Positions 22,300 to 33,371 of a DNA stretch of 64,000 bases are shown one piece after another; the first letter of the stretch is position 1; each line of letters opens with the position of its first letter. The notes beneath the pieces are model-generated. The model did no database searches and was not told the origin of the DNA. It saw nothing but the letters and a program-made list of their open reading frames with translations. Source of the stretch: Epithemia pelagica (taxonomy: Eukaryota; Protista; Bacillariophyta); NCBI GenBank assembly GCA_946965045.2, contig OX337237.1:1674001-1738000 (forward strand), written 5' to 3'. The position numbers and the translations under genes are program-made.

Positions 22300-25200
22300 A
22301 TGGACAATTTAGACGATGACGACGAAGAGGTCGTCTACCGCAAAGATATTGTAAGCTTTTTGGATGATGACGATGAGGAAGAGGAAGAAGAAGAAGGCGA
22401 AGACGACGAGGAGGAAGAAGATGAGCTTTCGGATGTTTCCAACGGCGAGGAAGAAGAGGACGACGAGGATGAGGAAGAAGAGGAGGAAGACGAAGAAGAC
22501 GCGCGACTACAAGAGTTGTTGCTGGTAGATCACTATGATGAGGATAATTTGCCAGAATATGCCTGTCGTTATTGTGGAATTCACGATCCCTGCGCGGTGG
22601 CCAAATGTGTGGAAACCCAAAAGTGGCTTTGCAATGGTACGCAATCGGGAAACGGGTCTCACTTAGTTCATCATCTTGTGAAAAGTCGCAGTAACCAAGT
22701 ACAGCTTCATCCAGAATCACCTCTGGGAGATACAATCTTGGAATGCTACAATTGCTCGGCGCGAAACGTATTTGTTTTGGGATTTGTTCCAGCTGCCAGT
22801 GCTTCCAACTCTGTTGTGGTGTTGTTGTGTCGCGTGTGTGTCGAAACAGTACCCGCTCTTAAAGACATGGACTGGGACTTGTCTCAGTGGCATCCATTGA
22901 TCCAGGATCGGCAATTCTTGCCCTGGCTCTTGTCAGTTCCATCGGCCGCCTTGCAAGCTCGCGCTCGACAAGTGGGCGCGTCGCAAATGACGCGCCTCGA
23001 GGAATTATGGAAGCGTAAACCAACCGCTCAGTTTGCGGATTTGTTCAAGAAGCAGACCGATGGTGAAGGGGGAGAAGACGACGATGGACTGGAATTAGAA
23101 TTAACACCGACTCAGCAGCGATATGAAGATGGCTTTCACTATCAGAATATTTTGGCTCCCTTGGTCAAAATGGAAGCCGATTACGATCGTCAAATGAAGG
23201 AATCTCTCACCGAAGAGTCGATATCCGTTGAGTGGGATGTGAGTTTATCGGGGAAATGGGTTGCCAAATTCTCGTTCCATCGTATGACGGCTGAATCACG
23301 GGTCGTTGTTGGGGATGAATTGCGTCTCAAGTTGGGGCCCGGAGCTCAGTTCCTCAACCAGGGACAACCGTGGGAGGGAATCGGCTATGTCAAATCGATC
23401 TTGGATGGACAAGTGGAACTAGAACTGCGCAATAGTCACTCCACATCGTCGTCGAAAGATGGCAACGCCAAGAACAAAAATGGCACCAACAGCAATAACA
23501 ATGGAGGCAATATCCCTCAAAACATTGCCGATGATTACATTGTGGAATACATTTGGAAGTCGACCTCCTATGATCGAATGCAAAACGCCCTTAAAACTTT
23601 TGCTATTGATGATACATCGGTAACCGGATACATTTATCACAAAGTACTCGGACATTCCGTCGAAGAGCAGCGCATTGCTACCGCCAAAGTCCCCACGACT
23701 GAGGCCGAATTCTCTGTACCGGGCCTCCCGCCGCTCAATGAGTCACAACGCTTGGCGGTAGCCGCTGTCTTGCAACGCCCCCTATCCTTGATCCAAGGAC
23801 CACCCGGAACTGGGAAAACCGTCACCTCGGCCACACTGGTGTATCATTTGACCAAACAAAACATGGGACAAGTGCTGGTTACCGCACCCTCCAATGTGGC
23901 TGTGGATCAGTTGACCGAGAAAATTGCAGCCACGGGCTTGCGAGTGGTGCGATTGGCGAGTAAAACGCGGGAAGCGCAAAATGTCACATCGGTCGATCAC
24001 TTGTGTTTGCATGTCATGGTTCCGTTGGCTTCGGATGAGTTTCAGAAATTGCAGCGACTGAAGGACGATTTCGGAGAGTTGACGGAACGCGATGCTCGGA
24101 AATACCGAGCATTGCGAAACAAGACAGAACGCGAGATTCTGCAGGCGGCCGATGTCATTTGTTGTACATGTGTCGGTGCAGGTGACCCGCGCCTCAAGCA
24201 TTTGCGATTTCGCCAGGTGTTGATTGACGAAGCAACACAGGCTATTGAGGCGGAGGCGTTGATTCCCATTGCCATGGGGGCCAAACAAGTGGTGTTTGTG
24301 GGTGATCATTGCCAATTGGGACCAGTGGTCATGTACAAACCGGCTGCCAAAGCCGGTTTGACGCAGTCCATGTTTGAACGTTTGGTGTTGATTGGCAATC
24401 GACCCATTCGATTGCAGGTGCAATATCGTATGCATCCAGCCTTATCCGAATTTCCCTCTAATATGTTTTATGAAGGATCTTTGCAGAACGGTGTCACGGA
24501 AGCTGACCGTGAATTGCTCACCACACCAGGATACACGGGTAAGGAAGACTTCCCTTGGCCTGTCCCTGGTAAGCCGATGTTCTTTTATTCGATTCTCGGG
24601 ATGGAAGAAATTTCGGCTTCGGGTACTTCGTATTTGAACCGCACGGAAGCGTCCTATGTGGAAAAGATTGTTACGCATTTGTTGCGAATGGGTGTGACTC
24701 CGTCGCAGATTGGCGTGATTACGCCCTACGATGGACAGAAGAAATATGTCTTCGAACACATGCGTCGAGCTGGGCCTTTGGTGACCACACTTTATGAAAC
24801 TATTGAAGTAGCGTCCGTGGATGCTTTCCAGGGGCGGGAAAAGGATTTTATCTTGGTATCCTGTGTTCGTTCTTCGGAGTCACAAGGAATTGGTTTTCTG
24901 TCGGATCCGCGTCGTTTGAATGTGGCGTTGACACGCGCCCGATTGGGAATTATTCTTCTTGGAAATCCTCGTGTTTTGAGTAAAAACCCTTTGTGGGCAG
25001 CTCTCTTGTTGCATTTCAAAGAACACGAATGTTTGGTCGAAGGACCTCATTTGCAGAATTTGCAGGCGTGTGCACACATGACATTTCCTCGTCCAAAACG
25101 CGATCCCGCCCGCGACCCTCGTTATGCCTTTACAGCCTTGGCCCGCGGTGGATGGGATGTCGTGCGCTGGGATGAATCTGCTCATTACAATCATCATCAC

Positions 25201-25596
25201 AGTCGTGGCCGCAACAGCAACAACAATGCCGCCGGCTTTGGTCGATCTTCTGGTTCCGATTCTCGATTTGATCCGCGCTACAATGAAAACAACAACAGCA
25301 ACAACAATAACAACGTATATGGATCTAACACGAGTGGCGGTAGCAACTTGCCGATTCCGAGCTTTGCACCTCTCCCTACTTACAATGCTGGTGGAGGTGG
25401 TGCAGGTGATGACTTGAGTAGTGTTGGCGGAGACAGTGCCTACGACTCTCAGTACGGAAACAGCCGAGGAGGAAGTCTGTATTCCCAACAACAGCGTAAT
25501 CACAAGGATCACCGGAACCATCCTGCTTCCCTATCGGGATTCTATGTGGGCGGAGCTCCGGATGGAAGTTACTACAGCAGCAACAACGGAAAGTAG
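22300..25596 (+). CDS. UPF1: Regulator of nonsense transcripts 1 (SF1 RNA helicase)
   Basis: CH zinc domain (YACRYCGIHDP..LECYNC), QGPPGTGKT, DEATQ, GDHCQL, VDAFQGREKD, RRLNVALTRA. ATG at 22300. Confidence 0.97.
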   Translation: MDNLDDDDEEVVYRKDIVSFLDDDDEEEEEEEGEDDEEEEDELSDVSNGEEEEDDEDEEEEEEDEEDARLQELLLVDHYDEDNLPEYACRYCGIHDPCAVAKCVETQKWLCNGTQSGNGSHLVHHLVKSRSNQVQLHPESPLGDTILECYNCSARNVFVLGFVPAASASNSVVVLLCRVCVETVPALKDMDWDLSQWHPLIQDRQFLPWLLSVPSAALQARARQVGASQMTRLEELWKRKPTAQFADLFKKQTDGEGGEDDDGLELELTPTQQRYEDGFHYQNILAPLVKMEADYDRQMKESLTEESISVEWDVSLSGKWVAKFSFHRMTAESRVVVGDELRLKLGPGAQFLNQGQPWEGIGYVKSILDGQVELELRNSHSTSSSKDGNAKNKNGTNSNNNGGNIPQNIADDYIVEYIWKSTSYDRMQNALKTFAIDDTSVTGYIYHKVLGHSVEEQRIATAKVPTTEAEFSVPGLPPLNESQRLAVAAVLQRPLSLIQGPPGTGKTVTSATLVYHLTKQNMGQVLVTAPSNVAVDQLTEKIAATGLRVVRLASKTREAQNVTSVDHLCLHVMVPLASDEFQKLQRLKDDFGELTERDARKYRALRNKTEREILQAADVICCTCVGAGDPRLKHLRFRQVLIDEATQAIEAEALIPIAMGAKQVVFVGDHCQLGPVVMYKPAAKAGLTQSMFERLVLIGNRPIRLQVQYRMHPALSEFPSNMFYEGSLQNGVTEADRELLTTPGYTGKEDFPWPVPGKPMFFYSILGMEEISASGTSYLNRTEASYVEKIVTHLLRMGVTPSQIGVITPYDGQKKYVFEHMRRAGPLVTTLYETIEVASVDAFQGREKDFILVSCVRSSESQGIGFLSDPRRLNVALTRARLGIILLGNPRVLSKNPLWAALLLHFKEHECLVEGPHLQNLQACAHMTFPRPKRDPARDPRYAFTALARGGWDVVRWDESAHYNHHHSRGRNSNNNAAGFGRSSGSDSRFDPRYNENNNSNNNNNVYGSNTSGGSNLPIPSFAPLPTYNAGGGGAGDDLSSVGGDSAYDSQYGNSRGGSLYSQQQRNHKDHRNHPASLSGFYVGGAPDGSYYSSNNGK

Positions 25597-27313
25597 TAAC
25601 AATGCCATGCCAGGGAATAAGAATTTCTCGCATTTTCGCGATGGATCTACAATTCCCAAACAACCTACCATTTATATCATCACGCACACACACACTACCA
25701 CGAAGAAGAATTTCAAAAACACCATGACGTTTGACATGATCATGAGAAATGTGAGTGTGGAGAATGAGAATCAGGAAAGGTACTTGCGTCTAATGTGCAC
25801 CTGTACATGCGAAAAGAACGCAAACAGTGAAGAATAGTACCTTCTTGGTTCTGGGGTCATGAACTGCAAGGCCGAGTCTTCTTTTGAAAACTCTAGAATA
25901 CAGTCGTAGCCGATGCAATCTCCACGCGTCATGCCGTCAACGGAGCTCCGGTTGCAACAGACAACGCTCAGTTTCTTCAATATAGGTTCATCAAGATTGT
26001 CTTTGGAGAATACCTGTTGCTGAATGTTTTGCACTGACTGGGCTTCCCACGCACACATTCAACTTGTGGTTGTTTGTCGGGTCTTTATATGTTACATGAA
26101 TACAACCGAATAATCTTAGTAAATGTGAAAACTATCAACTTGTCAATCAGAACCAGCAGGTTTGGGTGTTGTTTCACCGTGGAAGTGTGGAGGTGGAGGC
26201 CCCCTTCTCTCGACATTTCAAAAGACTTCTCGCTGTGCGCTCGATTTGAACCTACGGTAGAGATGAAAATCGATAGTCGAGAAACAAGGTCGATATCCAG
26301 GATCTGAGAGTCAATCACAAATCAGAAAAGAAGGAATTCCGGCATAGCCAAGCGAGAGATATCTTTCGATGCTGTCAATGTGTGGATTCTAGATGCTGTG
26401 CAAACAAAAGGCATGGATCGCATTTGAGTTCATGCGAAACAATACCCCTCTCTCGCGGGAACGTGTTTCTTGTCCTGTTCTTTCTTGTGTAATAAATTGG
26501 TACGAGGCACTTTCCTCCTGCTTTGATGTGTTGCGTAATGGTACAGAAAATTGTGAGGGTCGCCCTCTCATCAAGAGTTCCCCCAAGGATCTACTCCTAC
26601 GAAATAACGTTTATGACAGATAGGCAATTCTAATAATTTCTCAGACACACATGTTTCGAGTTTCGAGACAAGCTCATCATTGCCTTGAAGGCATTTCGTA
26701 TGCATAAGAGCTCGTAATTGTATAGCCCCAGAAATCCAATTAGACGCGGAGTGTCAATGATATTTCGAGCGGTTATGGGGGTCATAGATGCTTTAGTTCT
26801 CTTCGAAGGGATCCTTTTGTCACTTTTTCAGAGGATGAAACAGAGGATGCACGATCCAGGGCATAACATCCTTTAGACCATAAAGTGCGGAGTGAAGCAA
26901 GAAAAATACCTTTTGAGGAACTATATCGTACCTTCACATTAATTCAAGCGATCGAGCCAAACTTTTGATGGGCGAAGCGTTGGATGATTTCATTACGCAC
27001 GAAGATCCAGGATTTTTTTGATCTGCGAACCGTCGAATGAGAAGATAAGCAGATTGGAGTTGCAACAATAAAGACACAAGATCCACAAAGATGACCAAGG
27101 CTACTAGCTCCTACGTCGAGCTACGGAATCCTAAGATACCAATGCCATTTTTTGTACCAGGACCTACGACGGGCCACACGGCGGCGAGTTTGCTTTAAAA
27201 AGATACCTTTGATTGGTATCACAAATCCATTTCTGGTCAAGATCAGAAGCAAATCTTGGCAGCTTCAGTGTTTGTTCCTCGATCGTTGCTCTTCGCGACG
27301 GTACAACCCCAAG

Positions 27314-30222
27314 ATGGTGCTCTTCAAGACTTCGACGTTCTTCCTCTTTTTTCTCCCTTGCTCCTTTCCCAAGCATTTGGTTTGGAGGTGACGGAATTCC
27401 GGTTGATCAATGCAGCTACCGACGAAGACTTGGGTCGCTTGGACGACGGTGCGGTGGTCAACATCAACGGGTATAACTCGCTTAGTGTCGAGGCCATAAC
27501 AAGTCCAGCATCCGTCGGATCTGTTCGCTTTGATCTCGACGGAACCACAAACTCGCAGACCGAGAATGTTGCTCCGTACGCTCTTCATGGCGACTCCCAA
27601 GGTAACTTTGCCGCTGAACCAGCCCTACAAGATCCGGGAACACACACCATCGCCGCCACCCCATTCCCTTTAGCTAACCGAGAAGGTTCAGCGGGAACTC
27701 CTCTCACCATTGAAATTGAGATTGTGGACTGGACGGAGCCCGTTCCCACCGTGTCTCCTCAACCAACCCCCGCTCCCGCGCCACTTCCGGTCGCAGACAC
27801 CGATGTTGAACCTTACCAAGCTTCTGCTGATGGTACACTCAATGGAGAACTCAAGGTCTGGCACAAAATCACCATTGGATTTAGAGGACCCTCTTCAAGT
27901 GAAACAGACAACCCGAATCCCTTCACATACTATCGTCTCGATGTCACCTTCACGAGCGACACGTCAGGAGCTGTGTTCGTTGTTCCCGGCTATTTTGCTG
28001 CCGATGGCAACGCTGCCAACAGTGGGGCAACCTCTGGCAATGTGTGGTTGGCGCACTTTGCACCAAGCGAGACTGGTACCTGGCAATGGATCGCTTCATT
28101 CAAAAAAGGGAATAACGTTGCCCAAAATGGAGGTTCTGACACAGCGGGATTTTTCGACGGTGCCAATGGTGATTTTTAAGTTGTTGCATCGGACAAAACG
28201 GGTCGAGACCATCGTGGCAAGGGTCGTCTCATGTATGTCGGCGAGCACCACCTTCAGTTCGCGGGGACAGGTGAATGGTTCCTCAAGGCTGGGGCAGACG
28301 CTCCAGAGAACTTCTTGGCCTACGATGACTACGACAACACCCCCAATATCGGGTCTCGACGCAAATCATGGTCGCCACACTTGGCCGACTACAACGAAAA
28401 CGACCGTGACCCAACCTTTGCCAATGGTAAAGGAAAGGCCATTATCGGGGCCATCAACTACCTGGCCAACAAAGGAATGAATGTTTTTAGCTTCTTGCCC
28501 ATGAACATTGCCGTTGATGACAAGAATGTCTTTCCGTACATCTCCGATGATTCGGATGACAGACTTCGTATTGATGTTTCCAAGACTGCTCAATGGGAGG
28601 TTCTTTTTGAACACGCGGACCACATTGGTATGTACCTCCATTTCAAAACACAGGAAACAGAGAACGACCAACTTTTAGATGGTGGTGCCCTGGGAAATGA
28701 GCGCAAGCTTTACTACCGTGAACTAGTTGCGCGTTTCGGTCACCATCTTGCTCTGAACTGGAACCTTGGTGAAGAGAACACGAACACGAATGCCCAGCGA
28801 AAGGAGTTTGCCGACTATTTCAAAGCCATTGACCCGTATCAGCATCTAGTCGTGATTCATTCCTATCCCAACCAGAAACAAGGAGTTTACGCACCGCTCT
28901 TGGGATATGCTACCTTCGATGGAGCTTCTCTTCAGTCCGGCAAGACCAGTGTGTTTGCAGATACGCTTGAATGGGTCACAAGATCTGCTGCAGCTGGTCG
29001 TAACTGGGTTGTTGCCAACGACGAGCAGGGAAGTGCTAACTCGGGTGTAGTCCCAGATGCCAACGATTTTAATCATGACATTGTTCGAAAGGACGTTTTG
29101 TGGGGAAACATTATGGCAGGTACGTAATGGTCTCTCCGTAATCTGCGTTGAAGTGCAACTTTTTCTGACCAGTCTTACAGGAGGAGCGGGTGTTGAGTAC
29201 TACTTTGGATATTCCTATGACCACAGCGACTTGACGTGCCAAGACTTACGAAGCCGCGACAACATGTGGACTCAGTCCAAATATGCCTTGGACTTTTTCA
29301 CGAATAATGGTATTCCTTTCTGGGGTAAGAGTGCTGTCAGATAAAAAGTGAAGGAAATTGCTGTTGTGGTCATGTCGCTTACTGATATGCGCGTTCCTTT
29401 CTAGAAATGTCGAACCAAAATGCCTTGTTGTCAAGTAACAGTGACAACTGGTGCCTGTCCACTGCCGACAAGAGCACCATTGTTGTTTACTTGATTGACG
29501 GAGGCACTGATACCATTGATCTTTCGACGATCGGATCAAACAATTACGTCTACACCGTCAAGTGGTACGACCCCTTGACGGGCGACGGCCTTCTCAATGG
29601 TTCTGTAACGAGCTTGACGGCCAATCCGAATCGAGGACTGGGGAACGCCCCGAGCAACCCCAACGGGTAGGATTGGGCCATTTTGTTGACCAGTCAAATT
29701 GCGGCACCCACTCCTCTCCCGACTCCCGCCCCGGTTGTTCCCAGTGCACCTCCCACTCGTAGCCCCACTCCAGCTCCAGTGGTGAGTCCGACGCTTCCTC
29801 CCGCACCTCCCACTGGTACTCCTACTCCAGCGCCAGTGGTGAATCCTCCCGCACCGGTGGTGACTGGATTTGCCATTTGGGATGCTCAAGACGACACCAA
29901 CTTGATTGCGGACATCCAAGACGGCGACACATACACACGTTCCCAATTGGGATCGTTCCAGCTCAACGTGGAAGCCATTACCAACCCTCCGGATGTCAGC
30001 GAATTCAGAGTCAAACTTGAAAGCAACGCGTTCCCTTCTCGTACCGAGTCGGTTACTCCCTACATGCTTTTTGGTGATAACAGCAACGGCAACATCTACC
30101 CTCCCGTAAACGGAAGTTGGCAAGTTGGACAGCAATACACGATCAAGGTAACCATCATCCAGAAGTCATCCGATCAGGCAATCAGTACCGCTGTCGAGAT
30201 TTCATTTTTCATTAGTGAGTAA
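27314..30222 (+). pseudogene. Bacterial-type DUF5060-like secreted protein (putative glycoside-hydrolase/collagen-binding architecture), disrupted
   Basis: ELKVWHKITIGF..NPFTYYRLDVTF..PGYFAADGNAA, GADAPENFLAY, WNLGEEN, WVVANDEQG, GAGVEYYFGY. Introns at 29120..29180 and 29325..29404. The ATG at 27314 is out of frame by 1 nt, and there are in-frame stops at 28177 (TAA) and 29668 (TAG). Confidence 0.75.
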
Positions 30223-30759
30223 AGTACACAAGGAAATCAAGAGGCCGCGTGATCCATAAAGCTCTCATTTCTCCACATATGAACAACCCAAAATATGAGC
30301 CTTACATCCATTCGGTAGCATTGATAACGAGAGATATAGTTCCATGAGTCGACACAACATCAAGCCCTCGTCGTACGTGGAGACTAGAGTGGTGTCCTAG
30401 CCCCGTCTTCTACGACGCCGTCGCCATCGTCAAGATTTTGTGTGCTAATGAAAGAACAATACACCCCATCGGTATATCCGTATGAAAACATCATTTAATG
30501 ATAATATGCAAAAAGATTTGAGCGTTGAGTTGTTGGAATCCCAGACGTCCGCCCTGACTACCCCCAGCGGGGGTGGATTTGATGGTGTAATTTTGTTTCA
30601 ACGAAATTAGTATCCGAAAGACCCCCGCTGGGGAATACGATCTGACGATGAGCAGACGTGTGGCAAACGTGAGATCTTTTTTTTCGTGATCTTTTTTGTG
30701 CGGGATGACGATGGGCTACGACTACGATGGGGTATACCTAATCCAGCCAGCCAGAAAGC

Positions 30760-33042
30760 ATGACGAAATCACTCGCCCGCAACATAAAAAAGAAGGCAAA
30801 GAAGAAGCAGAGAGCCTCCAGAGATAGCCAGCCATCTGTTCGAGAATCATGGGTGGATCGGTTGTCGTTTGTTCGAGTCAATGAGAAACCTCCGATTCCA
30901 CCCTCCTCCAGCGAACAAACCGAGGAACATGATTCACACCGCGACATGGCAAATGCCGACAACGAGAATGGGAACCAAACTAATGAGAATGATTGCAACG
31001 ATCAACAGCAGCAACAAGTGACTTTGGAACGATCTTTGAAACGCCCAGACGAATTTTCCATTGTTTCTTGGAATGTTTTGGCCGAGGCGTATTGCAGTCC
31101 ATCGTCGCATCAAAACTTGCCGGACCAGTATCAAGACGTTGTCTTTCACAAAGCTCGACGAAAGCTACGAATACTGCAAGTTTTGCGTCAGCTGGTTGGT
31201 TCTCTCTATGAGGAGGAAAACGAGTCACAACAACACAACAATACTGTGACTGGCGCCGATATTGTGTGCTTGCAAGAAGTGGATCGTGGTGAAATTGGGA
31301 AAGAACTTAGGTGTCTGGGATTCGAGGGGATCGAAACTCCTAGAGTATCGAATGGAGGAGCATGTGGATCACGCATCGATTCCTGTGTCGTTTATGCTCG
31401 GACGAGTACTTTCCGAATATGTGAGCATCGAATCTTGAGTTTGGATGATCTGGCGACCTACGATAGCAGCATGGCTGAAACAGATACCCACAATACGACT
31501 AACGGTTCATCCAAACCTGTATCGTCGAACCCCAATAGTAATTGGCAAGGCCTACAACATAGTTTCTTACGGCGGAATATGGCGCTCTTGGTTCGACTGG
31601 AGCACATTGCATCCGGGCAAACACTCCTAGTGGCCAATGCGCATCTATATTGGAATCCTGGTTTTGAATACGTCAAGCTACTGCAGACTCATTACATTTT
31701 GAAGCAAGCCAAGAAGTTCGCCTTTGCCAATGAGCCAGTGGTATTTGCTGGGGATTTGAATTCAAGACCCCGTGGATGTGCTCATTCGTATTTAACACAT
31801 GGACGAATCAACGGCAAGCTTGTAGCACCGTGGTATGCATATCACCACTACAACATTGATGTCGAAATTGATTATCAGGCGCAATTTGGGGATGCAAAAG
31901 AAAAGAACAAATCGAATGTTGGCGACAACGTATCGGATGGAAAGAATATCGTGGATATTGGCGACGACGTATCGAAAAAGCTGGGGAATAAACTTTCAAG
32001 CATCACTCTTAATGATGAGCAGCGAACTCTGGGTCCTGTGCGCTACCTTTTGGATGCAACTCTTAACAAACTTTGTCGTTGGTTTCGCATCATGGGGATT
32101 GATGCGGGTCTGGAAACGGAGGAGCAAGAGCGAATGCGCACCAAACAGGGAAAGTTTGTCGTGTTCGATCGTTGCCGGCAAGAGCAGCGAACGCTTATTA
32201 CTACATCCACGCGACTAATGGCCCGTAGAGAGTGCCCGGCTGGAACATATTGCATCAACCCATCGTTACTCGCTGATTTGGAAGTGGCCATGGTTCATGT
32301 GCTTCTCACTCATGGATACGTCTTGGACCCTGAAAATTTCCTCACACGTTGTGTAGTTTGCAATGGAGATATTTGCGAAGTACACGAGGCATCAGAAAAA
32401 TGCCGCATTTTGAAATCTTACGAAGCTCCGACCGATCATGTAGACGAAATGGAAGTCTACGAATGCAACGGATGTCAACAAGGTTACTGGTGGGATGATC
32501 GGCCAACCAGTTCGGCTTCACGTGTAAAATCCGCTGCCACCAATTTATTTGTTCAGTGCGTTCGGGCAGGAGTTCCCATCAAAGAGGGTTCCAGTCTAGG
32601 GATGTTTCAAGACCATGTCAACGTCAAAGAGGAACGTGACCGCGGGTGGGACTACAGCAAGGGGAATAAAGCAGCACATGATCTTCTCCAACAAAAATTA
32701 GATTTCGTTGATTGGCTCAAAGACGACAATTTAACGTGCCCATTCGAATTTCGAAGTGCCTATGCGTCTGACTCCTCTGGGGATGGAGTAAGTGACAGTG
32801 AGAGAATACCCTTTTCCAATGTCACATTTCATTTCGTCAGTACGTTGGATTATATCTTTTTTGAACCCACCCGACTCCATCTAGAGGCACGATTATATGT
32901 TCCAACATCGTTTACCGAGTTGAATGACGCCACCGGAATCGAACGCGGTGGACACTTACTGCCCAGTGACGTTTGGCCGTCCGACCATTTGGCCATCGGA
33001 GCAACATTTCGGTTCCCTCAAGTCCATAATCAGAACCAGTAA
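30760..33042 (+). CDS. EEP (CCR4/nocturnin/angel-like) nuclease with an inserted Mut7-C (PIN-like) domain
   Basis: EEP motifs SWNVLA, CLQEVD, NAHLYW, GDLNS, LDYIF, PSDH. The insert reads YLLDATLNKLCRWFRIMGIDA..RTLITTS..TRCVVCNG..CNGCQQGYWW. Confidence 0.85.
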   Translation: MTKSLARNIKKKAKKKQRASRDSQPSVRESWVDRLSFVRVNEKPPIPPSSSEQTEEHDSHRDMANADNENGNQTNENDCNDQQQQQVTLERSLKRPDEFSIVSWNVLAEAYCSPSSHQNLPDQYQDVVFHKARRKLRILQVLRQLVGSLYEEENESQQHNNTVTGADIVCLQEVDRGEIGKELRCLGFEGIETPRVSNGGACGSRIDSCVVYARTSTFRICEHRILSLDDLATYDSSMAETDTHNTTNGSSKPVSSNPNSNWQGLQHSFLRRNMALLVRLEHIASGQTLLVANAHLYWNPGFEYVKLLQTHYILKQAKKFAFANEPVVFAGDLNSRPRGCAHSYLTHGRINGKLVAPWYAYHHYNIDVEIDYQAQFGDAKEKNKSNVGDNVSDGKNIVDIGDDVSKKLGNKLSSITLNDEQRTLGPVRYLLDATLNKLCRWFRIMGIDAGLETEEQERMRTKQGKFVVFDRCRQEQRTLITTSTRLMARRECPAGTYCINPSLLADLEVAMVHVLLTHGYVLDPENFLTRCVVCNGDICEVHEASEKCRILKSYEAPTDHVDEMEVYECNGCQQGYWWDDRPTSSASRVKSAATNLFVQCVRAGVPIKEGSSLGMFQDHVNVKEERDRGWDYSKGNKAAHDLLQQKLDFVDWLKDDNLTCPFEFRSAYASDSSGDGVSDSERIPFSNVTFHFVSTLDYIFFEPTRLHLEARLYVPTSFTELNDATGIERGGHLLPSDVWPSDHLAIGATFRFPQVHNQNQ

Positions 33043-33371
33043 GATGGGGCTCAGAAAGCCTGTTGGAATATGGCTTTGGAGTGTTGGTTATGTACCCATC
33101 CCTGTCCAGTGTCATTGTAAGACTCTAGCTAGAGGGAGCATTTCCTTTTAAGAGTACTAGCCCTACCTTGCCACATGTGTTTTGTAAGCTCTCGCGTGAG
33201 ATTCAGATCCAGATTATTTCGCAGACATCTTCGCCTTCCCCTATAACCGCTAGGATTTCCATGTATTCATTTTTGTTCGCTGACGATTGACGATGGGGAG
33301 AAATGGCCTTCTCGAGTTTCAGACAAAACCACAACACATAGAAGCCTCACTGAGACCATCATGCAGCAATC

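Noticed and set aside
25771-26318. Possible minus-strand exons downstream of UPF1
   Set aside because: I could not assemble a consistent spliced frame or recognise a domain.
304-30135. Numerous 60-280 aa ORFs antisense to or overlapping long genes
   Set aside because: They are shadows of low-complexity coding sequence with no independent evidence.
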